DNA of 64,000 nucleotides from Limisphaerales bacterium (GTDB lineage Bacteria > Verrucomicrobiota > Verrucomicrobiia > Limisphaerales > JAJOIW01), in the NCBI GenBank assembly GCA_965657355.1, contig CBFHOE010000006.1:207217-271216 (forward strand), read 5' to 3'. Every line of letters begins with the position of its first letter. Position 1 is the stretch's first letter. Below, piece by piece: positions 60,664 through 64,000 of the stretch. The notes under the pieces were generated by a model. That model did no database searches and was not told where the DNA came from. It was given only the letters and a program-made list of their open reading frames with translations. A program made the position numbers and the translations under genes.

Positions 60664-61746
60664 TTATTTTTCTACAGTGACCCACTTATTGGTTTCCTTT
60701 GATTCAAGAATCGCATCTATTACAGCTGCGACTTGAACACCCTCCTTGAATGACGGTTTGCAGTCTCTTCCCTGTTGTATGGCCTCTATAAATTCAAAGT
60801 CTTGGTCATATCGAAATGTCTGTATGGGATCACCATTTGCTGTATCTCTTGGGGACCCGGCAACTTTCAAGAATTCTTTTGGCACTTCCTGTTCTTCCAA
60901 TGTGCTGCTTCCTTTTCGCCCAACTATAATGTGATTCGGCTTCCCTAATCGGTATATGAGCGTTCCCTCAGATCCAGCGACCTCACAAAAGTCTTCGCTA
61001 ATACCTCCCTCTCCTCGGCCGGTAGCCACTTTAGTGGACTCCAACATACCCGTTGCATTATTTTCAAAACGTGTGATGACCCCGACCCAATCTTCTAAAT
61101 CCGATGGCTTATCCTCTCTTGTTTCATGAAAAATCCTGGTATCAGCTACCAGCGAGTCGATAGGCCCAAACAATAAATGGGCAAAGTCAATTCTATGCGA
61201 GAGCATGTCTCCTATTTCGCCCGTGGCAGCCAAAGATTTATTCTGTCTCCAGCCAAGGAATCTCGATCCCCAATCCTGTTGTCTTCGGCAACGGAAATGA
61301 TAAGGACGACCAATAAACCCGGATTCGATTAAATGAGAAATGTATTGCATGCCCGGCACAAAACGATAAGTAAACGCAGTCATGTGACGAACACCTGCTG
61401 CTTCAGCGGCATTCCACATGTCACGAGCTTCAGGCAGATCCATGGAAATCGGCTTCTCGCATAAAATATGCTTTCCCGCTTTGGCCGCGGCTTTGGCAAT
61501 AGGGGCATGAACAAAATTTGGTGTGGCAATGATAACGGCATCAACCTCGTCCCAGGTCAGCAATTCATTAAAGTCAGTTGTCTTTCTTTTTATACCTGTG
61601 TCGTTGGACGCCTTTTCAAGCGCCTCCGAATTGGAATCACAGAGAGCAACCAGTTCTGCTCCAGGGCAGTACTTAAGTCCCGGAAAGTGATTTTGGACAG
61701 CGATTCCACCACATCCAATGAGAGCTACTCCTACATTTTTTTGCAT
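60664..61746 (-). CDS. Gfo/Idh/MocA oxidoreductase
   Basis: IGCGGIA, IATPNFVH, KHILCEKP, DMLSHRID; start MQKNVGV preferred over the 61809 start. Confidence 0.88.
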   Translation of the reverse strand: MQKNVGVALIGCGGIAVQNHFPGLKYCPGAELVALCDSNSEALEKASNDTGIKRKTTDFNELLTWDEVDAVIIATPNFVHAPIAKAAAKAGKHILCEKPISMDLPEARDMWNAAEAAGVRHMTAFTYRFVPGMQYISHLIESGFIGRPYHFRCRRQQDWGSRFLGWRQNKSLAATGEIGDMLSHRIDFAHLLFGPIDSLVADTRIFHETREDKPSDLEDWVGVITRFENNATGMLESTKVATGRGEGGISEDFCEVAGSEGTLIYRLGKPNHIIVGRKGSSTLEEQEVPKEFLKVAGSPRDTANGDPIQTFRYDQDFEFIEAIQQGRDCKPSFKEGVQVAAVIDAILESKETNKWVTVEK

Positions 61747-61858
61747 GATTAAGGACAATAGCCGAGCCACTTTATCTTCAGCAAGAACGATGTTGGATGA
61801 GGATGACAAGAAATTACTGTAATAGCCGAGCCGTGGCTTTGTGAAACCAGGATAAAAG

Positions 61859-62743
61859 CTACTGTCTCAAGCTAGGAATATGACATAGGCAGTCCGCTTC
61901 GGTAGCATAATCTACAACAGTTTTGCCTGATGAGTCTTTTATTCTCAGGTAGTCTGGTCGGAGAATCTCTTCAGGTATTTGGTTGAGTTGGGCGCCACAT
62001 GCAGCACGGTGCAAACAATTTTGCCTAACGTCATTTTCTACCAGCAAATACATTTCCACCAAAAATTCTCCCGGGCATTGCCACAAAAATCCATGAAAAG
62101 CCGCTTTGTGGAGGAAAGTTTCACCGTCGTTGTCATCGACCAGCATCAGGTCGGGATCGTGGTATTCTTCGGGGATTTGATCTAGTGTGCCCCACCTCGC
62201 AGCCCAATGCACAAAAGTCTCCCCATTTTTATCGCTGGCAAACCAAATATCCGTCGTCCAGAACTCCTGAGGGATCTCATGAAGTTTTCCAGACTTGGCA
62301 CACTCGTGGAAAAAGGTTAGCCCATCACTGGATTGGTTCAAAAATGGATTGCCTACTTGGGATTTTATATCGAATGGGATATCCCGGGGACTAAAACCAC
62401 TTTTTTCTTCATCCGGATCCTCTTCAATATTTTCCACCAATGCGGTGAATTTCCCTTTCTCGTTGAACATCAACGATTTCGAATACCGATCAGGATCAGA
62501 ATTCTTTGGGTCATTTGTTAATGCATCGGTTAAGGGTTTGAGCTGGGTCAGGTCGACTTTTGAAAGGTGTTCAAGCCACTGCGAGGATTTCTCAGGCTCA
62601 ATAGCTAACTCGTATTCACCGTTTACAATTCGGCACTCCGCCTCAGTCATCCTATGAACCATCTCAGCCTTTTGCTGGGAACTCTCTAAATGACTAAGAA
62701 TGACTTGCTCAATTTGCTTTTCATCCAGTTTAATCCTGATCAC
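61859..62743 (-). CDS. Ankyrin-like repeat protein
   Basis: About five 33-aa units such as DKNGETFVHWAARWG and DNDGETFLHKAAFHG. Confidence 0.75.
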   Translation of the reverse strand: MIRIKLDEKQIEQVILSHLESSQQKAEMVHRMTEAECRIVNGEYELAIEPEKSSQWLEHLSKVDLTQLKPLTDALTNDPKNSDPDRYSKSLMFNEKGKFTALVENIEEDPDEEKSGFSPRDIPFDIKSQVGNPFLNQSSDGLTFFHECAKSGKLHEIPQEFWTTDIWFASDKNGETFVHWAARWGTLDQIPEEYHDPDLMLVDDNDGETFLHKAAFHGFLWQCPGEFLVEMYLLVENDVRQNCLHRAACGAQLNQIPEEILRPDYLRIKDSSGKTVVDYATEADCLCHIPSLRQ

Positions 62744-63111
62744 GACTCTGGTGCTCCAATGAAAGATTCGGTTGATATACTAGATACTTAAGTTATTAGA
62801 ATACTCTTAGGCACATATTTTTGATAATCTATTGGTTCTAGCACCAAAAATGCTTTTTCGGGGATTATCGAGACTAAGGTTTTGAGATTTTGATGCTGCA
62901 AAAATCTGGAAGAAGCGAATTGACTCAGGGTTCATGATATCGTTTTGCCGCGTGTATTCGAGCATGTAAAAAATGGAAGTTTTAAATCGTGTTAAGGAAA
63001 AATTATAAGTTTTATAAGTTTAAAAAAATTAATAGTTCACCCATAATAGACTGTGTGATCAGTTTAAAGTATTGCCTAATTCGGGCGTGTGAAGTACTCA
63101 GCCTTTAGCAG

Positions 63112-63771
63112 ATGAAAACGGAAATTAATAATGGGGCGCTGCATCCCTTAATTTTAATAACACTTTTTGGAGTTTGTGGGTGTTACAACGTGAATTATGC
63201 AGTTAAGGAGAAATTCGGGATACACAAAAGAGATATCCTTATCTCAACGATTGAAAGCGCAAAAATAAAACAAAATAACGCCAGCGATCAATTTCAAAGC
63301 GCATTAGATAGTTTGATGCAAATTTATCAAATCAATGCAGGCGAACTAGAGCAGAAGTATGCCTTGTTTTATAAAGAGTTCGAGGAAAGCAAGTCAAAAG
63401 CCGGAGCCCTGAAAGATGGAATCAAGCGAGCTAATAGAGTCGCAAAAGATCTTTTCGCTGAATGGGAGCGTGAGATTACTGAAATACAAAGCACTTCACT
63501 CAGAACAAAAAGCCGATCCAAATTCCAAACAACCAGAGTGAGATTCGACAGTTTAATTTCTGCCTTTAGATTTTCAGAAGAAAAGATGGGTGAAGTTCTT
63601 GTTCAGTTGAAAGATCAAGTCCTTTATCTGAAACATAATCTAAATGCGAGTTCCATAAATAGCCTCGAGGGTGAAGTTAATGACTTGCAAAATGAGATGA
63701 TTGAATTGATTAAAAGAATCCGGTTGTCTATCAATGAGGCGGATTCTTTTATTGGCACACTGCCAGAATAG
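63112..63771 (+). CDS. DUF2959-family lipoprotein
   Basis: Lipobox-like VCGC, EKFGIHKRDIL, QFQSAL, LFAEWEREI, DQVLYLKHNLNA. Confidence 0.85.
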   Translation: MKTEINNGALHPLILITLFGVCGCYNVNYAVKEKFGIHKRDILISTIESAKIKQNNASDQFQSALDSLMQIYQINAGELEQKYALFYKEFEESKSKAGALKDGIKRANRVAKDLFAEWEREITEIQSTSLRTKSRSKFQTTRVRFDSLISAFRFSEEKMGEVLVQLKDQVLYLKHNLNASSINSLEGEVNDLQNEMIELIKRIRLSINEADSFIGTLPE

Positions 63772-63798
63772 GGATTATTTATACTGCCCAGCAAATTA

Positions 63799-64000
63799 AT
63801 GAAGCTTAATGAAATAGCCAAGATATTAGGTGGGGAACTTCGAGGAGATCCCGAAATTGAAATCAAGGAGATATTACCAGTAGACGAAGCAAAATCTGGA
63901 TCGCTCTGTTTCGTAGAGAAAGCTGCCTATTTAGAAAAATTAAAAGATTCAGGTGTGTCGGCTGTCTTGTTATCAAAAGAACTCTCCAGTCAATTTGATG
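63799..64000 (+). CDS. lpxD: UDP-3-O-acylglucosamine N-acyltransferase LpxD, N-terminal part (runs off window)
   Basis: Own translation MKLNEIAKILGGELRGDPEIEIKEILPVDEAKSGSLCFV..YLEKL..SAVLL matches the LpxD N-terminal domain. Confidence 0.75.
   Translation, partial: MKLNEIAKILGGELRGDPEIEIKEILPVDEAKSGSLCFVEKAAYLEKLKDSGVSAVLLSKELSSQFD

Noticed and set aside
2083..63866. Many 60-166 aa antisense or alternate-frame ORFs in the supplied track
   Set aside because: They overlap well-supported genes or repeat spacers and lack motifs; treated as shadow ORFs
1..64000. tRNA/rRNA genes, integrase, transposase, prophage or defence systems
   Set aside because: None recognised by eye; tRNAscan-SE and HMM searches would be needed to exclude them formally

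Overview
Bacterial chromosomal window, most likely Verrucomicrobiota/PVC (inferred from the DUF1501 + planctomycete-cytochrome-c pair, exosortase/EpsI genes and a giant TPR-glycosyltransferase). Positions 1-27.2 kb hold a mosaic surface-glycan locus: GbsR/MarR regulator, uxs, ugd and cysQ; then a visibly AT-rich block (about 4.1-19.1 kb) with uronic-acid enzymes, an aldolase/cytidylyltransferase/two-dehydrogenase/DUF115 set lacking neuB and kdsA, Wzx, Wzy, GT2s, an SGNH protein, an exosortase, EpsI and a WcaJ-like priming transferase; then a dTDP-3-acylamino-3,6-dideoxyhexose block (rfbB, acyltransferase, rfbA, fdtA, fdtB-like, second Wzx, second EpsI) whose spacers carry degenerate heptamer inverted repeats and REP-like palindromes. 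The rest holds housekeeping genes (pdxJ, crcB, purC, pyrF, start of lpxD), a structured ncRNA candidate between crcB and purC, a DUF1501/PSD1 pair with a divergent AraC regulator, a 1854-aa multi-glycosyltransferase, a VTC-DUF4956-HlyD cluster with a Pho-box-like repeat, an ArnT/PAP2/GT2/LAB_N lipid A-modification-type operon and a FAD-oxidoreductase + MnmM(YtqB) pair. No rRNA, tRNA, CRISPR array or transposase was recognised. All calls come from reading motifs by eye; no searches or computations were run.
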